This document shows positions 1 to 10,937 of a stretch of DNA of 64,000 bases, piece by piece. The position numbers and the translations under genes were made by a program. Source of the DNA: Octopus bimaculoides (taxonomy: Eukaryota). The DNA lies in assembly GCF_001194135.2 (NCBI RefSeq), contig NC_068983.1, forward strand, positions 126,211,672 to 126,275,671, in the 5' to 3' direction. Below the pieces are notes generated by a model that was not told the origin of the DNA, made no database searches, and was given only the letters and a program-made list of their open reading frames with translations. How positions within the stretch are numbered: the first letter of the stretch is position 1; each line of letters starts with the position of its first letter.

Positions 1-219
1 TATATATATATATATATATTATATGTATTTATTTTCTCCTAGCTAATAATTAACTCGGACAAAATAAATTGGTTAATAGATACAAGGGTAGCAAAGATCA
101 CAAAATGACTGTGGTGTAACTCCTGTTTACGAGGCATAAACTCCTTCTTATTTTGGGTACTTGAGTAAATATAAATTAATAAATGGAGTAAAACGCATAT
201 TTTAACTGAATACTTTTAT

Positions 220-265
220 TTCCAACATATGTTTCGAAGATTACAAATTATACCTTCCATAGGAA
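220..265 (-). ncRNA. Decayed minimal hammerhead-like motif
   Basis: Minus strand reads TTCC-TATGG-AAGG..TCTTC-GAAA-CATATG-TT-GGAA. GAAA, the palindromic stem III (ACATATGT) and TTCC/GGAA arms are present, but the CUGANGA core is corrupted. Confidence 0.35.
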
Positions 266-922
266 TAGGTGATGTTGATAACAATGTAATCTTCTCTTTA
301 GCGAAATGCCTGGGAACCAGCTTAAACGTAAGACATTTTAACCGAATATGAGAACTGTAGTTGGAGATGGTTGTTACCTAATCTATTTAAAAAAGCTGTT
401 GGAGGTTGGGATGCTACTAGACAGAACGTTGGAAAAGAAGGGAGGAAAAAGAAGGAAAGAAGAAAGAAAGAAAATTTAGAGTATAAAGTTGGGAGATAAT
501 AAGATTTAAGTCCGATGAAAATTGGAAAGGAACGTTATGTATATAATGGGACTGTAAAGGGGAGTTAATCTTGTATTTCTACAGTGTTAAAATAAATGTG
601 TATAATCATATATACACATGTATACGCACATAGATACACACATACATACTCACCCACATATATACATACACTCGTATACACACACACACTACACACGTAA
701 TATTTCCCGTCTAGCCGTATAGCCTTTTCTGTTTGTTTTCCTGTCTTGTTTTTTGTCCGCCACTTCATTCCTCCATGGCTAGGTTTAATTTGTGCATACA
801 AATTTAATTTGCGGTCCATGGGAAGAGCCGTTTTAATGATGCGTCCTACCCAGCTCTTCGAAACGCCGGTGTTAAAACGGGGGTAGCTATACTCTGATTA
901 TCATTATTTTCTTGTCTACGTT

Positions 923-1065
923 TTGTTTTCAATATCCTGTATCCAGATATGCACCTATACATACAGGTGGATGTTGGTATGCACATACCTGTACGTATAT
1001 ATGCATATACTCATTTACTATTTGTTTATATATATATATATATATATATATACATACATAAACAC

Positions 1066-1124
<59 letters not shown>

Positions 1125-1280
1125 AACACATACACATACATATACAGACATCCATATATTTACATACATATATATAAACATACATGCATCCAACCATATA
1201 CACATACATGTACATATATATATTTTTTAAAAACAAATATATACAAACACCTACATATTTATAATTTCATACATATACAT
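923..1280. repeat. (AT)n/(ATAC)n compound microsatellite running into N-gap 1281-1864
   Basis: Directly visible; explains the YIYI/MYV ORFs. Confidence 0.95.
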
Positions 1281-2124
1281 NNNNNNNNNNNNNNNNNNNN
1301 NNNNNNNNNNNNNNNNNNNNNNNNNNNNNNNNNNNNNNNNNNNNNNNNNNNNNNNNNNNNNNNNNNNNNNNNNNNNNNNNNNNNNNNNNNNNNNNNNNNN
1401 NNNNNNNNNNNNNNNNNNNNNNNNNNNNNNNNNNNNNNNNNNNNNNNNNNNNNNNNNNNNNNNNNNNNNNNNNNNNNNNNNNNNNNNNNNNNNNNNNNNN
1501 NNNNNNNNNNNNNNNNNNNNNNNNNNNNNNNNNNNNNNNNNNNNNNNNNNNNNNNNNNNNNNNNNNNNNNNNNNNNNNNNNNNNNNNNNNNNNNNNNNNN
1601 NNNNNNNNNNNNNNNNNNNNNNNNNNNNNNNNNNNNNNNNNNNNNNNNNNNNNNNNNNNNNNNNNNNNNNNNNNNNNNNNNNNNNNNNNNNNNNNNNNNN
1701 NNNNNNNNNNNNNNNNNNNNNNNNNNNNNNNNNNNNNNNNNNNNNNNNNNNNNNNNNNNNNNNNNNNNNNNNNNNNNNNNNNNNNNNNNNNNNNNNNNNN
1801 NNNNNNNNNNNNNNNNNNNNNNNNNNNNNNNNNNNNNNNNNNNNNNNNNNNNNNNNNNNNNNNNATATATATATATATACATATATGCAGAAGTCAAACA
1901 GGTATAGCAATAAACAAACGGACGGTAAAACATATATGGAATCTATGGAAACCAAAGCGGAACGGAGAACAAGCACAGAGGGTCAACAATATCTCATTAG
2001 TTAAAAAGCTAAGTGTCGAGCGAAATTTCGTACTATTATCGATAATATTTCACTCACCATGGGGACAACCAGCAGGAGAACTTGCTGGCAAATCGACCAA
2101 TACAAAACAGAACAAGTCGGACAA

Positions 2125-2435
2125 ACAAGGGAGATGGAGTGACATAAGACGAAATAAATAAAGAAAATATGGCCTTAGCGCCAAGCGAAGACAGCAAAAG
2201 AAAATAATACATATAGAACATAAAAATACTAATACATATACGACACAAATGCCATGTGCTTACGGACAAGTGTGGAGTAACGCAAAGGAGAATGATACCT
2301 TCCTGCGGGACTAAAACAAGCACAAGACGAACAAACTAGGAGGAATGAGAGATAAAAGAACGAAATAAATAAACAGAATATGATCTTAGGGCCGGGCGAA
2401 GACAACGACAAAATAATAATAATATACAACAAAAA
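2125..2435 (+). repeat. Diverged direct repeat, two ~105-bp copies (about 2125-2225 and 2332-2435)
   Basis: Both copies share cgaaataaataaa-(g/c)a(a/g)aatatg-(gc/at)cttag..gcgaagaca..aaataata in the same order. Confidence 0.6.
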
Positions 2436-2492
2436 GTAATAACACGTGTTTTTTTATATATATGCATGTATGCATGTGTATATGCATGTATT

Positions 2493-2533
<41 letters not shown>

Positions 2534-2731
2534 TTTCTTATCGAACCTCCAACGGTTTTTATTGAATATACAGCGTCGTTTGCTTGTCGCTACTTAACAT
2601 CATAGGTTAATATCCTATGTTAACAACTCTACTTAGTTACTTTACTATATAACGGTTTTCTTAACCGATATTGCAAGCAGTTTCAATATGTTCATGTCGC
2701 TACAACCTGATTATAACTTTTTAATACACAT

Positions 2732-2862
2732 AGGCGTAGGAGTGGCTGTGTGGTAATTAGCTTTTTTACCAACGACATGGTTCTGGGTTCAAAGCCCTGT
2801 GAGTGGATTTGGTAGACGGAAACTGAAAGAAGCCCGTCGTATGTATATATATATATATATAT
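2732..2862 (+). mobile_element. tRNA-derived octopus-type SINE (family A), internally deleted, ending in its internal (AT)n
   Basis: aggcgtaggagtggctgtgtggtaa (A-box-like), gggttcaaa (B-box-like), then gtgagtggatttggtagacggaaactgaaagaagcccgtcgt. It lacks the gtggcaccttgggcaagtgtcttctac block present in the 9803-10188 copy. Confidence 0.85.
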
Positions 2863-5039
2863 NNNNNNNNNNNNNNNNNNNNNNNNNNNNNNNNNNNNNN
2901 NNNNNNNNNNNNNNNNNNNNNNNNNNNNNNNNNNNNNNNNNNNNNNNNNNNNNNNNNNNNNNNNNNNNNNNNNNNNNNNNNNNNNNNNNNNNNNNNNNNN
3001 NNNNNNNNNNNNNNNNNNNNNNNNNNNNNNNNNNNNNNNNNNNNNNNNNNNNNNNNNNNNNNNNNNNNNNNNNNNNNNNNNNNNNNNNNNNNNNNNNNNN
3101 NNNNNNNNNNNNNNNNNNNNNNNNNNNNNNNNNNNNNNNNNNNNNNNNNNNNNNNNNNNNNNNNNNNNNNNNNNNNNNNNNNNNNNNNNNNNNNNNNNNN
3201 NNNNNNNNNNNNNNNNNNNNNNNNNNNNNNNNNNNNNNNNNNNNNNNNNNNNNNNNNNNNNNNNNNNNNNNNNNNNNNNNNNNNNNNNNNNNNNNNNNNN
3301 NNNNNNNNNNNNNNNNNNNNNNNNNNNNNNNNNNNNNNNNNNNNNNNNNNNNNNNNNNNNNNNNNNNNNNNNNNNNNNNNNNNNNNNNNNNNNNNNNNNN
3401 NNNNNNNNNNNNNNNNNNNNNNNNNNNNNNNNNNNNNNNNNNNNNNNNNNNNNNNNNNNNNNNNNNNNNNNNNNNNNNNNNNNNNNNNNTATATATATAT
3501 ATATATATTCACGCACACATACACACAATGACACATACATAATGCAACAATTTATATAAGCATATTCATAGAAGAAATGTTTGCACCTAATTTAAACGAA
3601 TATACGTTAATCAATAGAATACAATGGAGGAACAACCTAACTAAAATAACATTGTAAATATACAAAGATCAAAATAATAAATATATAAAGATCAAACAAT
3701 AAATGATAGTAAATTAATTTTAAAAACATATTAACAATAATAGAATATAAATCAAAATTTAACCAAATTTAATAGTTAAAATAATGAAGTTCTTAGAGAA
3801 TATATATCGCAATAATCTCAGTCTGTGTATAAACAACTACAATAGAGAGATGAAAACTATATGAATATAGATATATACATAAGAATCGAAATACGCATTC
3901 TAATTACTTATTCCCGTGATGAAAGGAAAAGTAAAACACGGAAAACCGTCTTGGCACGCTTTTCAGGAATATTAAACGATTAAATTAAAGTCAGTACATC
4001 TATTATTCTCCTGTTAAATTATTTAAAGTCGTCGTGTGCATTTGTGCAAGTATATATGTGAATAGATGTATAAGAGATGTGAAATTTATATATTTGTGAG
4101 TAAGTGACGTTACATTGAGGATTAATGGATATATGTGTATAAGCGTGTGTGCATAAATGTATATATATACACATATTTATTAAAAAAAATATACATATAT
4201 ACACAAATACATACATACACACATACGGAAGCAAACTCAGTCATAAATATGCACGCGCTCTCGCACTCACACATATATATAGTCGAAACCTCGGTTATAT
4301 ATGTGCGTGTGAGTGTGTGTGTTTGCGTGCGTTAGTATACATGCCATTTAACTATCATGTAAGTTGCTACGTTTCAGATGGCGAGACTTAAGACACATCA
4401 GACATACTAACTGGAAATACATAGCCTTTATAATAGTGGAAATAATTATACAGACTTGGTCAGCTTGATGGTGACAACAACCGAAATAAAAAGCACCTTT
4501 TCGCTTGAGGGAAAGAAGACTCGACTCTTGTTGTTCGATCCCAGCAGTAGCCAAATACTTTCAGCTGCGCCTAGCCCAATGGTTTCAGCTGCACCAATGT
4601 ACGTTTGTTTCAATTCCTTATATTGCAAACAGGGAAAACCATTTTTCCAAAATGAAAATTCTGCCATAAGGGCATGCGTAAAAAATTTCAAATGTACTGA
4701 ATTCAAGAAGGTACCTCGATCGTCCGAATCATTTCGGATTATTCTCCGTTCGGCTATACACCGTTTGCTTCCTTTGACGTATTATTGCTTACGTTGTCCC
4801 AGCAAAGTCCAGTAAAATTTGTTTGCCGTCCCGCACAATATTAATCGCAATGTGTAGTTGGCTAATGTTACAACATTGTAACTTTTTTGGATAGTCAATG
4901 TGGATCTGTGATATTTTGTCTGGCGTTTTCATTTCAACATAATTCTGTATATATACCTGTTCGTTGCTGTTTTTGTTGCAGTTTTTAATGTTGTTGGACA
5001 CCATGAAAGTTGCTTCATAGACCACGGTAACATAGGTGT

Positions 5040-6330
5040 ATCGATCATTTACTGATCTTCAACTGCTAACTAGTCAGGAGCAATCTGTCTCTGCACAGGA
5101 CATTGAAGCTTCTCGAATGCACTGATACGCAGTAAATCGCATTAGTAGACGAACAAGTGAATGTGTCGATGATGTGATAGTGGTGGTGTTGGATACCGGT
5201 AAGGACGGAGTCGTTTCAGAGGAATGGTCAGATGCGGCAGTGTGGACGAAAGTTCGGGAGGAACTAACTTTAGTGCTTCGAAGTGGGAGAAGATATAAAG
5301 CAGTAGGCCAGGTAGGTTACCCGCGCGTTTGTATGAGGAAGGGGTTGTTTGGGAAGAAGAGAAGTGGAGTGGCTAGATAAGAGTTAGCAGAAAGCGCATG
5401 AAATGGTGTACTGGAGGGATGGTAGGAAAAAAAAAGCGTGTTAGAGTGGAGTGACTGCAGGGATATAGAGTGGATATGAGGTCGATGTAGGAATGACTTT
5501 TAGTAGAATGAGATGGTAATAGAAGATCGTTAGCAGGCACTAGAAATAACAAGGAATTTGACGTTTGAACGTACAGGAGATTTTAGTCCGTTGCAGAAGG
5601 ATTGACTGAAAGACAGGAAGCAATTGAATTGTTTGCAGAAGTGATGTATTGCTGATACAGTCATTGATGGGTCTGCCGTATCACTCAAGAGTGGGACCGG
5701 TCTATGGAGAGAATATTTTGGCCCCAACATAGCCGGGTCGCGTAGTGGGATCCCATTCTTGAATCCATATACACTCCTGAGACCTGATCGTAAGACACTC
5801 TCGCTAATGCAAAATCAATTTAAAGAGAGAACCAGTTTGGCCAAGTGGAGGAGGGTAGTGTAAATCAAAGTAGTGTTCGAGGGCAAGGAGACCTTCAGTT
5901 TGCAGGATAAAAATATATGGAGACTTGATGTCAATGATGGATAAGAGTCGGAAAGTATGAGGAGGAAATGAAAAGGAATTAAAGTGACCAAGAGTGTACT
6001 TCGTGGTGTGAATGTGTGAGGAGAAAGAAGGCAGTAAGTGGTGTAAGGACGAGTTCAATTAAGAGATTAATTGAGTTGGTTATTTGCAAGCGTAAGCAAT
6101 GAGTCGACCCAGGTCATTTGGTTCATTTGTCAAAGGAACGAAGTAAGTGGTTGTAGTTCTTGGGGTGTGGACAATGAAGTTTGAGGTGGTGTGGGTGGGA
6201 GTTAGGAGGGGATAATTTCATGGATGGTGGAAAATACATGTTGGTAGTGGGGCGTAACGTCGGAGGGTGGAGGGCAGATGAAGGAGGTTTCTTAGTGTTG
6301 GAGGAACATCCGCACTTCACACAACTATAG
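5040..6330 (-). mobile_element. Penelope-like retroelement relic (RT plus start of GIY-YIG), frameshifted
   Basis: Minus-strand translations: LLSIIDIKSPYIFILQTEGLLALEHYFD (DIKSLYT-type motif), SRMGSHYA (GxxMG), GRPINDCIS (degenerate RYIDD), HIIDTFTCSSTNAIYCV (FTC-S-NVIY-C, GIY-YIG lead-in). The sense strand is C-rich, as in PLEs. Confidence 0.8.
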
Positions 6331-8359
6331 CTTCACCTTTGTAAGCCTGTTTGATGGCGATATCGACACGACATCGTAATTTAATTTGTTTTCTACAAAC
6401 AGCATTTCAATTGAAATTCTGCTGTATGAACACATATTATCATTCGGGTTCTATTTTTGTTTTTTTTATCTCTATTCAAATTGCGTTCTTTGTGGTCGTG
6501 ATTAAGCTGAGGTCGTCAATCGCTTTTTCTTAAAACCTTATATCTAATGTAGTGTAAACAAAATATATCAATTCATTGTTATATTGCAATTCATAGATAT
6601 TAAGAATGATAGAGCACTTAAGCTAAATAATACTGACCACACCCATTTGTGACATTAGTGGGAAAGCGCTGTTTGAGAGACTGTATTTTAAATAAACAAC
6701 TCCCACATATGATGTGATTATGTTCAGCTTCCTTAAATATATTTGTAGACCGATTTTAAATGTCTATTTTATCAAAATGCCCGTCTCATAATACATAATT
6801 TTATACATTTGTCTCATAATACATGTTATATATTACACAATAGATTTTGAACAAATACGTAGAAAGGCTCTCGAAAGACATGTAGGATAGGCAGAAAAGT
6901 ACACACTATATATATATACATAATTACGGATAAAAAACATTATAACATTAACGAGCTTTTTCTCAAGTGAAAACACGTAATAAAAACGATATAGGTAACA
7001 ATTAATACTAATATAGAATTATAAAGATATAATTATAATAAAGAGTGCTGATAAACAACACCAACATGCTAGTGATAGACGCCAAATAGCACGAAAACCG
7101 CATCTTGCACTCCATTAGCACGGGTTGAAAGCGAGAAAATGAAGAAAGAAACTTTATTTTTTTAAAAAGGTAAATTTTTGAAAAAGGTTAATTAGAGATA
7201 TAAAATCACTCTACCGTCTTCAGTATAATATAGCTCACAGGATATAAATGTAAATATTTATACATACCCATACGAATAATACATATCCACACGTATATAT
7301 ACATATTTTCATATTTATCTACGTGTCAAATCTAATTTATTCACCTCAACAATGTGCATTTAAAACCAAAATTTTACCGCAGTGAATATAAATTGATCGG
7401 GATATATAATGAATATACATACAATTAAGGAAAAAAGTCATTATAAAGATTTTATTAAGTGGCCAGCGTATAAGAAAATCTATATAGGTAAGATTAATAC
7501 TAATATGTAATTATAAAAACATAATTACATTTCAAACACCATATTTCATCAGAGAATAGAGAAGAAAGGAGAAAATGTAGAGAAATGCGAAGCATTATGT
7601 GTTTAGGACCCAAGTTGCAATACAATTCTATGCAGAGAATTTAGGAGGAGAGGAAGGGGTGTGTTTGTGTGTTTAAAAACATGAGGCTAACCACTTAGGG
7701 CATAGATAAGGACTCCGTGTGAAGTAAGCTGTGATTGGTTGCCAGGAGGGTACGAACGGTTTGGGATGCGGATAGTTTCTTCAGTGCAGGGAGGTGTGGA
7801 AGTGTGGGTAGAGGTTCTGGGGTGGGGGTAATTGACCGGACGTGAATATAATACAGTGAGGGAGAAAGGAATGCAAAACAAACAAAATGGAAAATATTGT
7901 ACTTGACTAGAAGGACATATGAGTAAAAGGTTAAAAATTAGTGCTACAGTAGATTAAGTGTATTAATAATGTGAAAATTGCATAAAATTCATTAAGTTTT
8001 CTTTTGAAGTCCAGAGAAATATCAGTTAAAACACGAAAGAAGAGGTAAACAGAAAGAATAATTTATAAGAAGTAATATTGTTGAAAATGATTTAAAAGAC
8101 GGTACGCAGGTGGTAATAAAGTCTATGTAACAGTAAGGAAATCCAATGATGGAGAGAGCCAGAAATGAGTTTATTAAATCGTGATTAGAATCCGTGAATG
8201 ATATCCAAGCTATTCCGGTGACAAATTGAACTCGGTTGAATTGTTAAAGAGCGTTTCAATGTATGTTACTGTAAGAACGGGTTTCTTATGTGTGAGCGTT
8301 TGCATGTCAGTGCAAGTGCATGCGTGTATGGTTGTAAGAAAGCACCAGTGCTTATATTT

Positions 8360-8419
<60 letters not shown>

Positions 8420-8820
8420 NNNNNNNNNNNNNNNNNNNNNNNNNNNNNNNNNNNNNNNNNNNNNNNNNNNNNNNNNNNNNNNNNNNNNNNNNNNNNNNNN
8501 NNNNNNNNNNNNNNNNNNNNNNNNNNNNNNNNNNNNNNNNNNNNNNNNNNNNNNNNNNNNNNNNNNNNNNNNNNNNNNNNNNNNNNNNNNNNNNNNNNNN
8601 NNNNNNNNNNNNNNNNNNNNNNNNNNNNNNNNNNNNNNNNNNNNNNNNNNNNNNNNNNNNNNNNNNNNNNNNNNNNNNNNNNNNNNNNNNNNNNNNNNNN
8701 NNNNNNNNNNNNNNNNNNNNNNNNNNNNNNNNNNNNNNNNNNNNNNNNNNNNNNNNNNNNNNNNNNNNNNNNNNNNNNNNNNNNNNNNNNNNNNNNTGTG
8801 TGTGTGTGTGTGTGCGTGTG
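8360..8820. repeat. (GT)n microsatellite spanning N-gap 8420-8796
   Basis: Directly visible. Confidence 0.95.
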
Positions 8821-9802
8821 TAGAAATACAGTAGCTGAAAGGTTATAAAGTCAGTGTTTATTGACATACATTTCATTTTCAAAAATAACGCGAAGCGATG
8901 TTATTGTAAGCATGAGAAAACATTTCGTTTCCTACTTCCAAGGATTCTCGACGACTAGCTTACCACATTCATTCGAATGTTACCAGATTCGTACAGCAAA
9001 AATTACGTTGAATGCATCTCCATGAAAATACAAGTCCCTCGTTTGAGATGTAGCGTATTCCAATGGACGCCTTCGTCCAATCCACATGTAAAATAACAAT
9101 GTAAAACAACGTTATTTTTTATGTTTCCTTCACGTTACCGCGTAGGTACACACACGCACATTCTCCGTCATTGTTTTTGCTTTTCACGTAACCCCATTGT
9201 ACACGCACGGACGAACACTTACACACACACACAATTGTCATAAACCAAATCACTGCTATTTTTTAATAAACATTTCCCATAAATATTCGTTCTTCTGAGA
9301 ATAATTCATTCACTTCTGAAGATGGCATGGCATGATATGAAGGCGATGCTGTTATATGGTTACAATATCTTGCCTATTCAGTGATATTGGTTTTCCGTAT
9401 ATACAAGAGAAGTTTGTAAATTACTACATGTAAATTAATGTTTAAGACTAATATCTTTGGTTCACAAGTACTAAATTGGTTTACAAATAACAGAGGTACA
9501 CATTTTTCCTTTGGTCTAACTACATATTGATCTCTACCGTATGGCACAAAGTGATAAATTTTAACACGAAGGAAAAAGTCGGTGCCAGCGACTCATTCAC
9601 ATGTCACTTTGTATTATTGAGTCTCAAAGAATAGAGTCCGGGTGGTGGAATTGGAAATTAGAAGCTTAATTTATGGAAGAAATGAGGTAATCGTTTTGTT
9701 TCCGAAGCTCTATGTTATTTACTTAATTCAGAAAAATTGCACAAAAATGTTGCTGCAGCTTTAATAAAGTTATGTGCAACGGTTGACCAGACATTCGGTC
9801 AC

Positions 9803-10188
9803 ACGTTTCAGTCATTTTGACTGCGACCATGCTGGAGCATCACCTTTAGTCGAGAAAATCGACCGCAAACGAACCAGCATCGGCTGTCAAGCGATGTTGG
9901 TGGGGGGACAAACAGACACGCAAAGATACACACACACAAGAACACACACACAAGTACACATACACGCACGCACACACACACACGCACATACACACACTCA
10001 CACGGTCACACACACACATATATCTGCGACGACCTTCTTTCAGTTTCCGTCGACCAAATCTACTCACGGCTCGGGTCAGCTCGCGGTTATAGTAGAAGAC
10101 ACTTGCCCAAGGTGCCACGCATTGAGACTGAACCCAGAAGCGTATGGTTGGCAAGCAAACTTCTTACCAAACAACCACTCCTGCGCCT
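9803..10188 (-). mobile_element. SINE family A, near-complete, with internal (TG)n tract
   Basis: Reverse complement reads aggcgcaggagtggttgtttggtaagaagtttgcttgccaacc..gggttcagtctcaatgcgtggcaccttgggcaagtgtcttctactataa..ggaaactgaaagaaggtcgtcg-(TG)n-catcgcttgacagccgatgctgg..gctccagcatggtcgcagtcaaaatgactgaaac. Confidence 0.9.
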
Positions 10189-10937
10189 ATGACATGTAAA
10201 TAATTTTAAAAGGAAAAACTCCTCAACGGAGATTTTAAGAGAAAAAAAAAATGCACATATCTGCCCTAATCAAGTGGCCTATCTGTCGGGGAAGACATGC
10301 TCTGATGAAAACTAAATAAAAAATTATGACATTCTATTGTAAGACTTACCTGGCAACGACGGGATATTCAGCTATTAGTAGAAGAAGTGGTATATATNNN
10401 NNNNNNNNNNNNNNNNNNNNNNNNNNNNNNNNNNNNNNNNNNNNNNNNNNNNNNNNNNNNNNNNNNNNNNNNNNNNNNNNNNNNNNNNNNNNNNNNNNNN
10501 NNNNNNNNNNNNNNNNNNNNNNNNNNNNNNNNNNNNNNNNNNNNNNNNNNNNNNNNNNNNNNNNNNNNNNNNNNNNNNNNNNNNNNNNNNNNNNNNNNNN
10601 NNNNNNNNNNNNNNNNNNNNNNNNNNNNNNNNNNNNNNNNNNNNNNNNNNNNNNNNNNNNNNNNNNNNNNNNNNNNNNNNNNNNNNNNNNNNNNNNNNNN
10701 NNNNNNNNNNNNNNNNNNNNNNNNNNNNNNNNNNNNNNNNNNNNNNNNNNNNNNNNNNNNNNNNNNNNNNNNNNNNNNNNNNNNNNNNNNNNNNNNNNNN
10801 NNNNNNNNNNNNNNNNNNNNNNNNNNNNNNNNNNNNNNNNNNNNNNNNNNNNNNNNNNNNNNNNNNNNNNNNNNNNNNNNNNNNNNNNNNNNNNNNNNNN
10901 NNNNNNNNNNNNNNTATATATATATATATATATATAT

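Noticed and set aside
2015-2050. Adjacent palindromes CGAAATTTCG and TATTATCGATAATA
   Set aside because: No CUGANGA core in register; AT-rich palindromes arise easily.
6343-6385. ctgtttga-tggcgatatcgac next to the PLE 5' truncation
   Set aside because: Suggestive of an inverted HHR relic, but both the core and GAAA are broken.
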